A DNA stretch of 64,000 nt from Fidelibacterota bacterium (GCA_024278595.1 JAJRSW010000053.1:4488-68487), one strand, 5' to 3'. Positions 1 to 9,149 are shown, counted from the first letter of the stretch. The notes: generated by a model not told the origin, from the sequence alone. Numbers and translations: made by a program.

Positions 1-31
1 AAAGAAGCTTCCACTACGATGGCCTTGTGAT

Positions 32-241
32 CTAATCCAGCAAGGTGTGATAAATTCTTTTTGAAGCGCTCGCGGTCATGAATCGTTGACCCAATAAAAT
101 CATCCAGACTTTTACGCTCAATCGCAACCCTGTGCTCGTACCCTTTAAGGGAGTAGTCCCCCACTTCCAGTTTAGTTCGAACTGTATTAATGTTCTTCTC
201 AAACTGGAAGGGGAGCTTCTCTCTTGTATCAATGATGACAA
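32..241 (-). CDS. hypothetical small protein (phage-like region)
   Basis: 69-aa ORF immediately downstream of the DUF669-like gene on the minus strand. No recognisable motif. Operon context only. Confidence 0.25.
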   Translation of the reverse strand: MSSLIQERSSPSSLRRTLIQFELNWKWGTTPLKGTSTGLRLSVKVWMILLGQRFMTASASKRIYHTLLD

Positions 242-246
242 TCATC

Positions 247-753
247 CTAGAACGGAAGGGGGTCTTTTTCGTCAGCTCCGGTGTCTACATCAGATAGTCT
301 ACGGTTGAAATAGATATTCTGATTCCCATCACGGGTTCGAACTGTTACTTCCAACTTAACGTCGAGTAGATATTCCAGGTTTGAGGGGAGATCACTAAGC
401 TTGTTTAGACTAACATTGCACAGCTTCAAATCTTTTTTCAACCAGCTCTGTCCTGTGGGATTATTCAGGATGTGATAATTCCAAAGCAAACGATTAATAT
501 TGCTGGGACCAACAATTTTAAGTGTCCACTTCAGCATGGGATTACCACTCGTCTTAGCTTTTGTGATTTCTGCCTTCTCGACGTTTACCTGGTATTTACC
601 ATCCGGAATCTCATCAAACTCCGGTTCATCTGCCTGGTCAAACTGATTGTCATAAGCTTCAAGGTCAATGCCTTCGTTTTCTTGCATGGTAATGGTTTTA
701 CTCTCTTTTCTTTTGGTGTGGTTGTAATAATGTTCTTCTGATAGACCGACCAA
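247..753 (-). CDS. DUF669-like phage protein (acidic N-terminus). Probable true start at internal Met near 687.
   Basis: Acidic N-terminal segment followed by GKYQVNVEKAEI...SGNPMLKWTLKI, which resembles phage DUF669 proteins that accompany Sak4-type ATPases. Its 5' end overlaps the 3' end of the upstream ATPase ORF in another frame. Confidence 0.4.
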   Translation of the reverse strand: MVGLSEEHYYNHTKRKESKTITMQENEGIDLEAYDNQFDQADEPEFDEIPDGKYQVNVEKAEITKAKTSGNPMLKWTLKIVGPSNINRLLWNYHILNNPTGQSWLKKDLKLCNVSLNKLSDLPSNLEYLLDVKLEVTVRTRDGNQNIYFNRRLSDVDTGADEKDPLPF

Positions 754-1430
754 AATGCCTTATAACTTGCATCAATGGTTTCCGGCATTTTGCCAGTACG
801 ATCACCTGCTTCATAATGTTTGGTGGGTTTTGTTCTGAGAACTCTGCGAGTGGCTGATTTACCGTCGCGATTTGAAGATTCCTCTATATCACCGTATAGT
901 ATAAAATCGCTCATCCCCAGGATAATTTTACGAGCCTTATCAGGCAGCGTTGGAATGATCTTAGTATAGTTACCGGTTCTGGTAGTAATTTCTCGTTCTA
1001 CTGCGTGGCTGATCAGAAACAGACCATAAGGCAGTAACGATAGTTTTGTCAGAACGCGCTGGAATTCACCGTTCACCAGGCTCCACCCCTTGCCATATCT
1101 CAGATCAGATTCATGCTTAATACCATGCTCTCTGCAGATATGCTCACTGCACAAACGATAGGCATTGTCCACCGTATCAATTACAACTGTTTTGAAATTG
1201 TGTTCACCAGCTCCGATTTCTTTCGATGCGTTTAACAAGTCTTCCCAATTATGAATAGGAACTTGGTACACATCAAGGTGGTTGAGTCCTGCCTCGGTTG
1301 CAAAAAAGATTGCATCTGGACTTCCCGAGGCGATTGTACTTTTCCCGAACTTGGCATGGGCATAAAGAAGTATGGTTTGCCGTTCAAGCCCGAGCACTGG
1401 AGGTGATTTTTGTTTTGGTAGTATTGTCAT
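585..1430 (-). CDS. phage AAA-family recombination ATPase (Sak4/AAA_24-like)
   Basis: Walker A-like LLYAHAKFGKST near the N-terminus and a RecA-like core (VVIDTVDNAY). Sits next to a Cas4-like nuclease as in phage single-strand annealing modules. Confidence 0.55.
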   Translation of the reverse strand: MTILPKQKSPPVLGLERQTILLYAHAKFGKSTIASGSPDAIFFATEAGLNHLDVYQVPIHNWEDLLNASKEIGAGEHNFKTVVIDTVDNAYRLCSEHICREHGIKHESDLRYGKGWSLVNGEFQRVLTKLSLLPYGLFLISHAVEREITTRTGNYTKIIPTLPDKARKIILGMSDFILYGDIEESSNRDGKSATRRVLRTKPTKHYEAGDRTGKMPETIDASYKAFWSVYQKNIITTTPKEKRVKPLPCKKTKALTLKLMTISLTRQMNRSLMRFRMVNTR

Positions 1431-1454
1431 TAACTATTCTCCTTATATGATTGA

Positions 1455-2461
1455 TTAAAAAATTCTGGATTCACTCACTGAGAGCTCACTATGAGGTGGG
1501 CGCTTGGTATAAAGGTTCTCTTTGATGTTGGGATTATCATGCGCTCTACAGAGCGGGAAATACATGCAGGGGGCATAATATCGGAAACAGCTGTCTGTAT
1601 TCTGACTCCAGTGTTTCCGTCGCCTGGAACTCAGGATTTCCTGGGTGATTTCCCAGAGTTCCTGTTCAGTTCGATCCATATCTGCCTTGGACAAATACAA
1701 TGTCTCACGAGCATACATACCTGGAGCTTCATAAACCGATTCCAATCGTTTCTGAAAGGTCTCATCTGATTCCGGTATTTGACGTTTTGCTGAAGTTTTT
1801 CCGGTTTTGCTCTTGCGAATTAAGTCCTGTCGACGAAGTTCAAACTGATCTTCTGTTTCTCCTTGTCGTTGCCTAATTTTGCTCTTCTGGATCACATTGT
1901 AAATCACACCTGCTATGGGGATCTGACGCTCTCTACCCAGCGCTATGGCGTACAGATTGACCTGAAAATCCATGGGTAGTTTTTCGATGTAGTCGCCTGT
2001 AATGAGAGCAGCTGTCTTATGCTCCAAAATGAAATACTCACCACCCAGACGGACTAGGCCATCCACTTTCCCCATTAGTTCAAATGATTGGCTGGGTCTT
2101 CCTGTCCTTGGATTGATAATTGGGACACGAAAGTCCAATTCTGTTTCAATTACTTCGAATTGTTCTTGGTCATAATGCGAGCAATAACCTTTCATCATGG
2201 CTCTGGCTAGATGCCAATCTCTTTTTTGGCGTTCGGCCGAATCTCTTAATGAGTAAGCTTCATCGATGAGACGATTAATTTCAGCACCAGTTGCTTTCTT
2301 CTTATACCACACTTCCAGGCATTCATGAATGATTGACCCCAGAAAGAGTGCATCATCTTGTTCCAGGGGAACCAGGTTTTCTAGATAGCGATTGTGATAT
2401 GCTTTGTGGCAAACTTGAAATTTTCTTGCTGCTGAATAGGTGAGAATTTGTTTATTCATGA
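1455..2461 (-). CDS. PD-(D/E)XK nuclease, Cas4/RecB-like phage exonuclease (start at Met MNKQILTY overlapping the spoVG stop)
   Basis: Motif DGLVRL..YFILEHKT (D...E.K) plus a C-terminal Cys cluster CFRYYAPCMYFPLC typical of Cas4-like Fe-S nucleases. ATGAATAA overlap with the upstream gene stop. Confidence 0.6.
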
Positions 2462-2721
2462 TCTTTCTCCATGCGAAGTGCTTGTATGAGTGCATCCTTG
2501 ATTTCATTATGAAATTCTTTTGAGATCGGCTTGAAATAGGGATACTCATTACCCCCGCCAGTTCGATATCGTGGAAAACTCAAGTAAATTGTTCCATCTG
2601 GTTTACGCCTGATAGCGATGTTGTTTAAATAGAGGTTGTTATCCACGACCAGGGATGCAAAACCAATCAATTGTGGTTCTTCTTTCCCTGCTATACGGAT
2701 ATTGATTTCAGTAATATTCAT
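2452..2721 (-). CDS. spoVG: SpoVG-family nucleic-acid-binding protein
   Basis: 89 aa with IRIAGKEEPQLIGFASLVVDNNLYLNNIAIRRKPDGTIYLSFP...NEYPYFKPISKEFHNEIKDALIQAL, which matches the conserved SpoVG fold signature. ATGA coupling to the upstream ORF. Confidence 0.55.
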   Translation of the reverse strand: MNITEINIRIAGKEEPQLIGFASLVVDNNLYLNNIAIRRKPDGTIYLSFPRYRTGGGNEYPYFKPISKEFHNEIKDALIQALRMEKDHE

Positions 2722-3014
2722 GATTGATTCTCCCGGATTAAGCGGTCCATAATGAACTGAGCTGCTGGATGGTAATTATGACCTGCCTCTTGCAAGTTTT
2801 CTGAACTGGCTTCCTCAATGAGTTCTCGCATATGGTGGAGGAATACTGAATCAATTTCCTTCAGGAGCTTCCACATGCGTCCCTCCTCAAAGTCTTGGGG
2901 GTATTTCCCAGCATAGCTGCCAAGCGCTTGCACAATTTCATAGTACATCTGAGTCATGGGATCCCCCAGTTGTGGAGGACTCGGCTTTTGTGATATTTGT
3001 TTGGTGTCTTTCAT
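2718..3014 (-). CDS. hypothetical protein
   Basis: 98-aa ORF translationally coupled (4-nt overlap) to spoVG. No motif recognised. Confidence 0.4.
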   Translation of the reverse strand: MKDTKQISQKPSPPQLGDPMTQMYYEIVQALGSYAGKYPQDFEEGRMWKLLKEIDSVFLHHMRELIEEASSENLQEAGHNYHPAAQFIMDRLIRENQS

Positions 3015-3044
3015 TCTGTCTCTTAAGGGCAGACAAAACGGACA

Positions 3045-3725
3045 TTAAATTTTATGGTCTTCAATTTTTCTGGTGATGCGCCTCAGCCTTTTTTGGAAAG
3101 CGTCGTAATTCACCCCTCGCTCACGGGCAATTTCTTTTAACGATCTCCCGTCGCGGGCAACGTCCAGCCACAATTCCATTTCCTTGCTCTTCAATACTTT
3201 GGATGCCAGAATCTGTTTAATGATTTTGTCTGTATCTGTGCTCTGAGGGGTTTGGGGAGTATGATGATCCTCGATTTCAACATAATCATGGTCATTTGCC
3301 GTCACCCAGATGTAGAAATCCCTGCGCAGGGATCTGGTAAGGTTGGCATATATTTTTATCGAAGGAGGTTTGGCTGCAGCTTTCACGCATAGTTCAAGAA
3401 GAATCAGATTGCCTTGTGAGAGGAGATCCTCTGGAGCAAGGTTTCTACCCTGACAGGAACTTGCCAGATAGGTTAGGTTTCGCCAGAACATGGCCGTCAA
3501 TACCAAATAGCAGAATTGCTGAAAATCAGGTGTTTTCGATGCTTTTAGTAATTCCGTTATAATTGAGCTTTGGAAGCTTGGTTCTTTTGATTTAGTGAAT
3601 GCCTGTATCAAGGATTCGGGTGATTCAAACGGGTATTGATTGAAGTGATTGTTGGTTATTTTTTCAAATACTTGTGTCCTGCGACAGATCTCTTTGGACA
3701 AAGACCGGTACTGAGCATCAAACAT
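3045..3725 (-). CDS. sigma-70 family (ECF-like) sigma factor / HTH DNA-binding protein
   Basis: C-terminal region-4-like HTH (MELWLDVARDGRSLKEIARERGVNYDAFQKRLRRITRKI) and a region-2-like segment. Phage early/middle gene context. Confidence 0.5.
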   Translation of the reverse strand: MFDAQYRSLSKEICRRTQVFEKITNNHFNQYPFESPESLIQAFTKSKEPSFQSSIITELLKASKTPDFQQFCYLVLTAMFWRNLTYLASSCQGRNLAPEDLLSQGNLILLELCVKAAAKPPSIKIYANLTRSLRRDFYIWVTANDHDYVEIEDHHTPQTPQSTDTDKIIKQILASKVLKSKEMELWLDVARDGRSLKEIARERGVNYDAFQKRLRRITRKIEDHKI

Positions 3726-3829
3726 AGACGCACTCCTTGGGGCTGATCAGAGCCTTTGGGGAGTGCGCCTTTTAGATCACATCATCCGGGACCACATGGT
3801 GGGTCACTGCATGGCTTAGGGTTCTTTTT

Positions 3830-4033
3830 TTATTTTATATCGATCCATATTTTGGATACCTTATTGTATTTGCAGGGGAACGCAACCGCTTTACTTGGTC
3901 CATCCCGCTCCTTCTCCTTTACCCAGCCTAATAATTTGCCTAGTTTACCCCTTGTACATTTGCAGGCCTGTATCGGACAACGCACCGGAATGAAATTTTT
4001 ATGGTCGCTAACTATTGATTTATTCTTATTCAT
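3830..4033 (-). CDS. small Cys-containing hypothetical protein
   Basis: 67-aa ORF with four Cys. Sits directly downstream of a strong minus-strand terminator, so expression is uncertain. Confidence 0.2.
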   Translation of the reverse strand: MNKNKSIVSDHKNFIPVRCPIQACKCTRGKLGKLLGWVKEKERDGPSKAVAFPCKYNKVSKIWIDIK

Positions 4034-4043
4034 CTATCACTCC

Positions 4044-4097
4044 TAAAAACAAAAAGAGGTTGTGATCTGCCAATTATCTTCGGCAAATCACAACCTC
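4044..4097 (-). terminator. rho-independent terminator after the XRE-ImmA transcript
   Basis: 16-bp stem gaggttgtgatctgcc / ggcaaatcacaacctc (one mismatch, 10-nt loop) followed on the minus strand by TTTTTGTTTTT. Confidence 0.6.
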
Positions 4098-4365
4098 CGT
4101 AAAATCTGGGTTCAACCCAGGTGGCCAGTTGTGTTACTGTTTTGCGGGATTAACCCGCAGTGCGAACCTCTACCCTACCAGTCAATAGAGCAGCCAGTTC
4201 TAATATGTATAAATCATTCCTTCTTTGGTTTTCTAAAATCCTTCATCTTTCTGGCATTCACTGGCACTCCATTTTGAACCTTTACTTTGTATTCTGCAAA
4301 CGGATTTTTTTCAAATTCAAAGCCCAGCTCAAGGAGCTTCGTGTTCACAGTTGTCTTGATTGTTT

Positions 4366-5148
4366 TCAAACGTGAGCTACTCCCTTCTGGGCAAATGTAA
4401 GAACAGAATTGTTTTTTTGGTATTCAATCCCGCTGATCAGCTTAAGATTAAGCAAACGGTTGACCATGGCTGCTTTTGATACATTATTAAAATTTCCGGC
4501 ATTGATGATTTCTTCAGCGATGGTATTAGCACGCATGTAAGGGTTATCCCAAAAAGGAGAACTATCGGCTATAGTGCTTACATTAATTCTATTTTCATAC
4601 ACCTGTTTGAAGCTGGCGGTAACCAGCCCTTCAGGCATTAATAGTGCTGCTGCGTATTTATCAGCTTGAAACTCTCCTCGTGGCTTTTTTCCCACATCTC
4701 TGCAAAGTATCCCCGGTATATCATCACTACTAAAAAGGGTCTGTTGGTTTTTTATTGAATTAAGCCAATTCTTGTGTAAGGCATGGTGTCCTATTTCATG
4801 AGCGACAGTGAAATTGTAACGCCCCTCTTGGTTCTCGAGGGCGCCATTAATCTGGATTGTATCCTCCTCGAAAATGATCCCGCCTAGAACTTCAGGCTCT
4901 TTGAATAAGCCATCAGTGGTAATTTCAATTTGATATTTAAGATAATTTTCAGCAATAGTTTCGACTGGGATAGGTGCTGAGATCTCCCAAGATTCGCTGT
5001 GTGCATATTCCCAGATGAGATTCCAGGATTGTTGTTCTATTGCATTGTCGGTTAAAAACGGTACGCTGTTCAAACTTACTGTCACTAATGGTTCTCCTAT
5101 TTGTTTTCGTCTAACATTTTCTGAGCTTCTTTCTTCAGCTCTTCCCAC
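4366..5148 (-). CDS. ImmA/IrrE family zinc metallopeptidase (anti-repressor protease)
   Basis: HEXXH motif in TVAHEIGHHALH. Lies directly downstream of, and overlapping, an XRE HTH gene, the classic ImmR/ImmA arrangement. The annotated start overlaps the XRE 3' end by about 50 nt, so the true start may be a non-ATG codon. Confidence 0.7.
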   Translation of the reverse strand: MGRAEERSSENVRRKQIGEPLVTVSLNSVPFLTDNAIEQQSWNLIWEYAHSESWEISAPIPVETIAENYLKYQIEITTDGLFKEPEVLGGIIFEEDTIQINGALENQEGRYNFTVAHEIGHHALHKNWLNSIKNQQTLFSSDDIPGILCRDVGKKPRGEFQADKYAAALLMPEGLVTASFKQVYENRINVSTIADSSPFWDNPYMRANTIAEEIINAGNFNNVSKAAMVNRLLNLKLISGIEYQKNNSVLTFAQKGVAHV

Positions 5149-5447
5149 TGCTCTTTTTTCAATCCCTTCGCTGTTCGCAAGAAATCATGTACAGCGTATG
5201 AATTCCCTTTAATTACCTTCAGAACTTCAGGATCAACCTGGTCAGCTCGAACCATGAGCCGATCCACATCAATTTCAAGTGCCCTAGCTATTTTGCTGAG
5301 TAATTCAGGTGATGGTGTGGCCTTGTTCTTTTCAATTGATGAAATGTGCACACCCGACACCTCTACTCTGCGCCCTAGCTCTCTCACTCCGATCTTTTTT
5401 TCGGTGCGGAGCCTGAAGATCATCTGGCCGAGGGTTTCTTTTGTCAT
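5097..5447 (-). CDS. XRE-family helix-turn-helix transcriptional repressor
   Basis: HTH_3-like segment IGVRELGRRVEVSGVHISSIEKNKATPSPELLSKIARALEIDVDRL. First gene of the minus-strand regulatory pair, divergent from the integrase operon. Confidence 0.75.
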   Translation of the reverse strand: MTKETLGQMIFRLRTEKKIGVRELGRRVEVSGVHISSIEKNKATPSPELLSKIARALEIDVDRLMVRADQVDPEVLKVIKGNSYAVHDFLRTAKGLKKEQWEELKKEAQKMLDENK

Positions 5448-5618
5448 ATTTTTTTCTTCTTTCGTTTCATTTATCTATCAACTGTAAGCTTACATCTTAC
5501 ATGCTCCAAACTTACTGTAAGATAGTTGTTTACACAAGGGAAAAATAGAAAGTTTTCTTTTTTGTCCGTTCTCCTTGCCCTTACCAGGTATGGAACGCAA
5601 GTTCAGAAAGGAGATAAG

Positions 5619-5804
5619 ATGAATAATATAATACGTTTATTAGCTAATGGAATGCTGCGAAAAATAGAGGATGACCACAAAGCTTCAATTATGCCTACAA
5701 GAGAAGAAACAGAGAATAATCAGTGGATTGCAGGGAAAGAGTCATGCCACATTGGGCAGGAGAAATTCATAAAAAAACAAACCCATAGGAGCATGAAACT
5801 ATGA
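5619..5804 (+). CDS. small hypothetical protein (possible excision/regulatory factor)
   Basis: AGGAGA ribosome-binding site 6 nt upstream of the ATG at 5619. ATGA stop-start coupling to the DUF2924 gene. The upstream in-frame extension to 5526 lacks an RBS. Confidence 0.35.
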   Translation: MNNIIRLLANGMLRKIEDDHKASIMPTREETENNQWIAGKESCHIGQEKFIKKQTHRSMKL

Positions 5805-6253
5805 AAATAGCAACTGCAAAACGCATCGAGAGGCTCTACCAGCTAACACCGGGTGAGCTCATGAAGGAATATGCACGCCTCACCGGTGAAAGCTACTACA
5901 CTCACAATCGCAAAAGCCTGATTCGCAAAATCGCCTGGCTCTATCAGTCAGAAGATAGCAAGCCGCTTTCGCAAATGGCTTTGGATCGGATCGAGGAATT
6001 GAAAAACACCAAAGCCCGGATTTACCCTCATCCAGATTTCCAGATTGATATCCCTGATAAGATAATGCCCAAAAAAGTAGAATTGGCCACCGGTACCATC
6101 CTGAGAAAATCATACAAAGGTAAAAAATACGAGGTCACCGTATTGGATCGAGGATTTCTGTGGAAGAATAATATTTACAAATCCATCTCTGCTGTGGCCA
6201 AGGCAATCACTGGCACCCACTGGAATGGCAAGCTTTTCTTCGGGTTAAAATGA
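5801..6253 (+). CDS. DUF2924 family protein (serine-recombinase-associated)
   Basis: LMKEYARLTGESYYTHNRKSLIRKIAWLYQ..LSQMALDRIEEL resembles DUF2924 proteins, which are characteristically encoded immediately upstream of large serine recombinases. ATGA coupling on both sides. Confidence 0.5.
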   Translation: MKIATAKRIERLYQLTPGELMKEYARLTGESYYTHNRKSLIRKIAWLYQSEDSKPLSQMALDRIEELKNTKARIYPHPDFQIDIPDKIMPKKVELATGTILRKSYKGKKYEVTVLDRGFLWKNNIYKSISAVAKAITGTHWNGKLFFGLK

Positions 6254-7815
6254 TGATGGATATTTCACATGTTGCCGGGATCAAACAAATTAGATGCGCT
6301 ATCTATACTAGGAAATCCACAGAAGAGGGTCTTGAACAAGAATACAATACTTTAGACGCCCAGTGGGATGCGTGTGAGAGTTACATCCAAAGCCAGAAGT
6401 CACGTGGTTGGATAACTCTACCTGTCCATTATGATGACGGTGGCTTTACCGGGGCTAATACTGAGCGCCCAGCTTTCAACCGATTACTCGAGGATATTAA
6501 AGCCGGAAAAATTGATACTATTGTGGTCTATAAAGTAGATCGGTTGAGTCGATCTCTGGCTGACTTTGCCAATGTCATGGATTTATTCGATAGGCATAAT
6601 GTCGCATTTGTGAGCGTCACTCAATATTTTGATACATCTTCTTCCCTTGGTCGAATGACACTCAATATCCTCATCACCTTCGCCCAGTTCGAGAGAGAAA
6701 TGATCTCTGAGCGCATTCGGGATAAGATAGATCGCAGCCGAAAAAAGGGTAAGTACATGGGTGGCCAGCCCGTGTTAGGATATGACGTTATCGAGAAAAA
6801 ATTAATCCCCAATGATCACGAAAGGTTTCAGATCAAGAAAATCTATGATCTATATCTGAACAACCGCTCAATCCGTGAAATAGCAGAGATGGTGCAAGAA
6901 TGGGGGTGGACCACGAAACGCTGGCAAACCAAACGAGGACATATGACGGGCGGCAAACCTCTATCCCCACAGGTACTCTACACCATTCTAAAAAATCCAA
7001 CATATGCTGGTAAAGTACGACACAACAAAAACATCTACGACGGTGAACATGAAGCCATCATCAAGCAACAAGTATTTGATGATGTACAAGCTCTATTGAA
7101 AAAGAATCGGAATAACTTGACCAATACAAGCAGGAAGAAATTTGACTCTATCCTGAATGGGATCCTGGTCTGTTCTCACTGTGGCTCTCGCATGATCAAA
7201 ACATATACATCCAAGCCCAACAAAAGATACAGCTACTATGTATGCCTTAAGGTCTCAAAATTTGGACGTAAACACTGCAGCAACCCGTCCGTGCCCGCGA
7301 ATAAACTGGATGAATTTGTAATAAAGCATATCCAGAAAATCACAAAGGACCCAACACTGCTCTCAGCTTTTCTGGATGAATTTCAGAACCAGAAAGAGAA
7401 TAGACTGAATGAAATTACGCATGAGATAAAAGCACTCACTGTCAAGCTTGCCAGTCATCGCTTGGAACGAGATCGTATCGGCCTTGATCCAAGTCTAGGT
7501 AGATATGATTCTATTGAAAATATCGAGAGTAATATCTCTCGAGCCAGTCTAAGAATTGAGCAACTCGGGTCCCAGAAGACAGCAATCGAGTCCACCGTTA
7601 TGAATGCCGGTGAAATCACCCAGATTCTCAGTCAATTTTATGGAGTATGGGATAAGTTATCTGTAAAAGAACAACACGAGATCATGGACCATGTTTTCGA
7701 ACAAATCTTTTGGGATGGAAAAAAGAAATCCATGGATTTCGAATACAGTCCACTGGGCTTGAGACTCCTATATGATAGAAAGGTCATTCAGAATGAGAAT
7801 CTCGACAAAAATTGA
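6250..7815 (+). CDS. large serine recombinase (phage/element integrase)
   Basis: Resolvase N-terminal catalytic domain (IYTRKSTEE...VYKVDRLSRS), a recombinase domain, a zinc-ribbon (CSHCGS...YYVC...C) and a C-terminal coiled coil. 521 aa. Confidence 0.85.
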   Translation: MMMDISHVAGIKQIRCAIYTRKSTEEGLEQEYNTLDAQWDACESYIQSQKSRGWITLPVHYDDGGFTGANTERPAFNRLLEDIKAGKIDTIVVYKVDRLSRSLADFANVMDLFDRHNVAFVSVTQYFDTSSSLGRMTLNILITFAQFEREMISERIRDKIDRSRKKGKYMGGQPVLGYDVIEKKLIPNDHERFQIKKIYDLYLNNRSIREIAEMVQEWGWTTKRWQTKRGHMTGGKPLSPQVLYTILKNPTYAGKVRHNKNIYDGEHEAIIKQQVFDDVQALLKKNRNNLTNTSRKKFDSILNGILVCSHCGSRMIKTYTSKPNKRYSYYVCLKVSKFGRKHCSNPSVPANKLDEFVIKHIQKITKDPTLLSAFLDEFQNQKENRLNEITHEIKALTVKLASHRLERDRIGLDPSLGRYDSIENIESNISRASLRIEQLGSQKTAIESTVMNAGEITQILSQFYGVWDKLSVKEQHEIMDHVFEQIFWDGKKKSMDFEYSPLGLRLLYDRKVIQNENLDKN

Positions 7816-8164
7816 TTTTGAATTTAGTACCCAAAAAAAACAAAAATTACCCGGTAGGGTTCCTGTAATCTCACGAATGATGGCTTTGGCTCATTTCTAT
7901 GATCACTTACTTCGAAGCGGAACCGTCGATTCAGTATCAGCCATTGGTCGTCTTGAAGGCGTTACTCAACAACGCATAAGCCAGATCATGAGCCTGCTAT
8001 TATTAGCGCCAAAGATTCAGGAGGCTCTCCTGATATTGCCACTTCAACAACGCGGTAACAAGAGTTTGCCGACGGAGAGAATGATTCAAATTGCGAAAGA
8101 AATGGATTTTGATGTACAATTAAATTTATATAACGGGGGCTTCTCCTCTAGTACAAAGATCTGA
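7772..8164 (+). CDS. ParB/KorB-like HTH domain protein (short)
   Basis: GVTQQRISQIMSLLLLAPKIQEALL resembles the ParB/Spo0J HTH recognition helix region. Start uncertain, since the ORF overlaps the recombinase 3' end. Confidence 0.3.
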   Translation: MIERSFRMRISTKIDFEFSTQKKQKLPGRVPVISRMMALAHFYDHLLRSGTVDSVSAIGRLEGVTQQRISQIMSLLLLAPKIQEALLILPLQQRGNKSLPTERMIQIAKEMDFDVQLNLYNGGFSSSTKI

Positions 8165-8166
8165 AT

Positions 8167-8418
8167 TCAGTCTGGATCAATGCTTTTAGAGCGGTATATT
8201 TTTTTCGATCTACGTGGACTGGGTTCAAACTGCCCGCCCTTGGGTTCAATAGTCCTGATTATAGTTTGATGGATAGCCTTACGAAAGGGCAACCAATATT
8301 CATGAACCATACGTACGACCTGATGGATCAATTCATCCCACTCCCCATGGGGAACACTGGATGCCTGGTCCTTTCTCCAGCAACCTTCTTTTGTACCAAA
8401 CAATATTATAGGTTCCAA
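8167..8418 (-). CDS. hypothetical protein
   Basis: 83-aa ORF convergent with the recombinase operon. No motif recognised. Confidence 0.25.
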   Translation of the reverse strand: MEPIILFGTKEGCWRKDQASSVPHGEWDELIHQVVRMVHEYWLPFRKAIHQTIIRTIEPKGGQFEPSPRRSKKIYRSKSIDPD

Positions 8419-8684
8419 AGGATCCGGGTTAATATCTGCCTCTTTTAATGGTTGCCACTCTTTTTTAACACTTGGATGCGAATTCCAATCTAATAATTAC
8501 ATCTGCCCTTTTCATTTCATACTTGAGTTCAGAATATTAAAAAACATAATAGGGTCAATGATTCCAAAAGTTTCGGAAAAGTGAAGCAGCCAGCATCATA
8601 TATATATTTCCGCTTTTCGATCGTCTCGAAAGACTACTGGACAGCTAAAGGAAGGTTGCATAAGTAATGAGAAGTAGAGACAAA

Positions 8685-9050
8685 TTACCGTTCCTCATAA
8701 ACCCAACGTTCAAGCCTGATTTCTTCTGCTCGGATTGTTTCTGGATGATCTGGAGCTGAGTAATCTAAAACAGCCCATGCAACCCCATCATTATACTGGA
8801 TTGAGTGTATTCTTAATAAACCACACTCAGTTCCCGTATCTGGATCGCAGAAAGGGTACTGACCAGTAATATATCGAAAGGTCGAACCATTAGCTTGTAA
8901 GCACCCCTCGGAAGTCCATTCAGAATCATATGCTGCAATCCAATTGAGATTGATGTACTCTATTTTATTTATCACGACCTCCATCGGCTCCACTGGAATT
9001 TCACAAGACCAAATTACGACAACGGCTAACAATACAATATTTTTCTTCAA
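8685..9050 (-). CDS. small secreted lipoprotein
   Basis: N-terminal signal peptide with lipobox (LLAVVVIWSC). Several Cys in the mature part. Confidence 0.5.
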   Translation of the reverse strand: MKKNIVLLAVVVIWSCEIPVEPMEVVINKIEYINLNWIAAYDSEWTSEGCLQANGSTFRYITGQYPFCDPDTGTECGLLRIHSIQYNDGVAWAVLDYSAPDHPETIRAEEIRLERWVYEER

Positions 9051-9149
9051 TGTGTATCTCCCTTCTTTTTATAGATGTGTTGAGTTGGAATATAGACCCG
9101 TTTTGCAAAGCATTCGATAGACGATACTACCCAATATGATTGATACAAC

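Noticed and set aside
4062-4375. Two overlapping 71-aa plus-strand ORFs downstream of the ImmA gene
   Set aside because: They are antisense to the 3' region of the XRE-ImmA transcript, and a clear minus-strand terminator lies here. Treated as noncoding.
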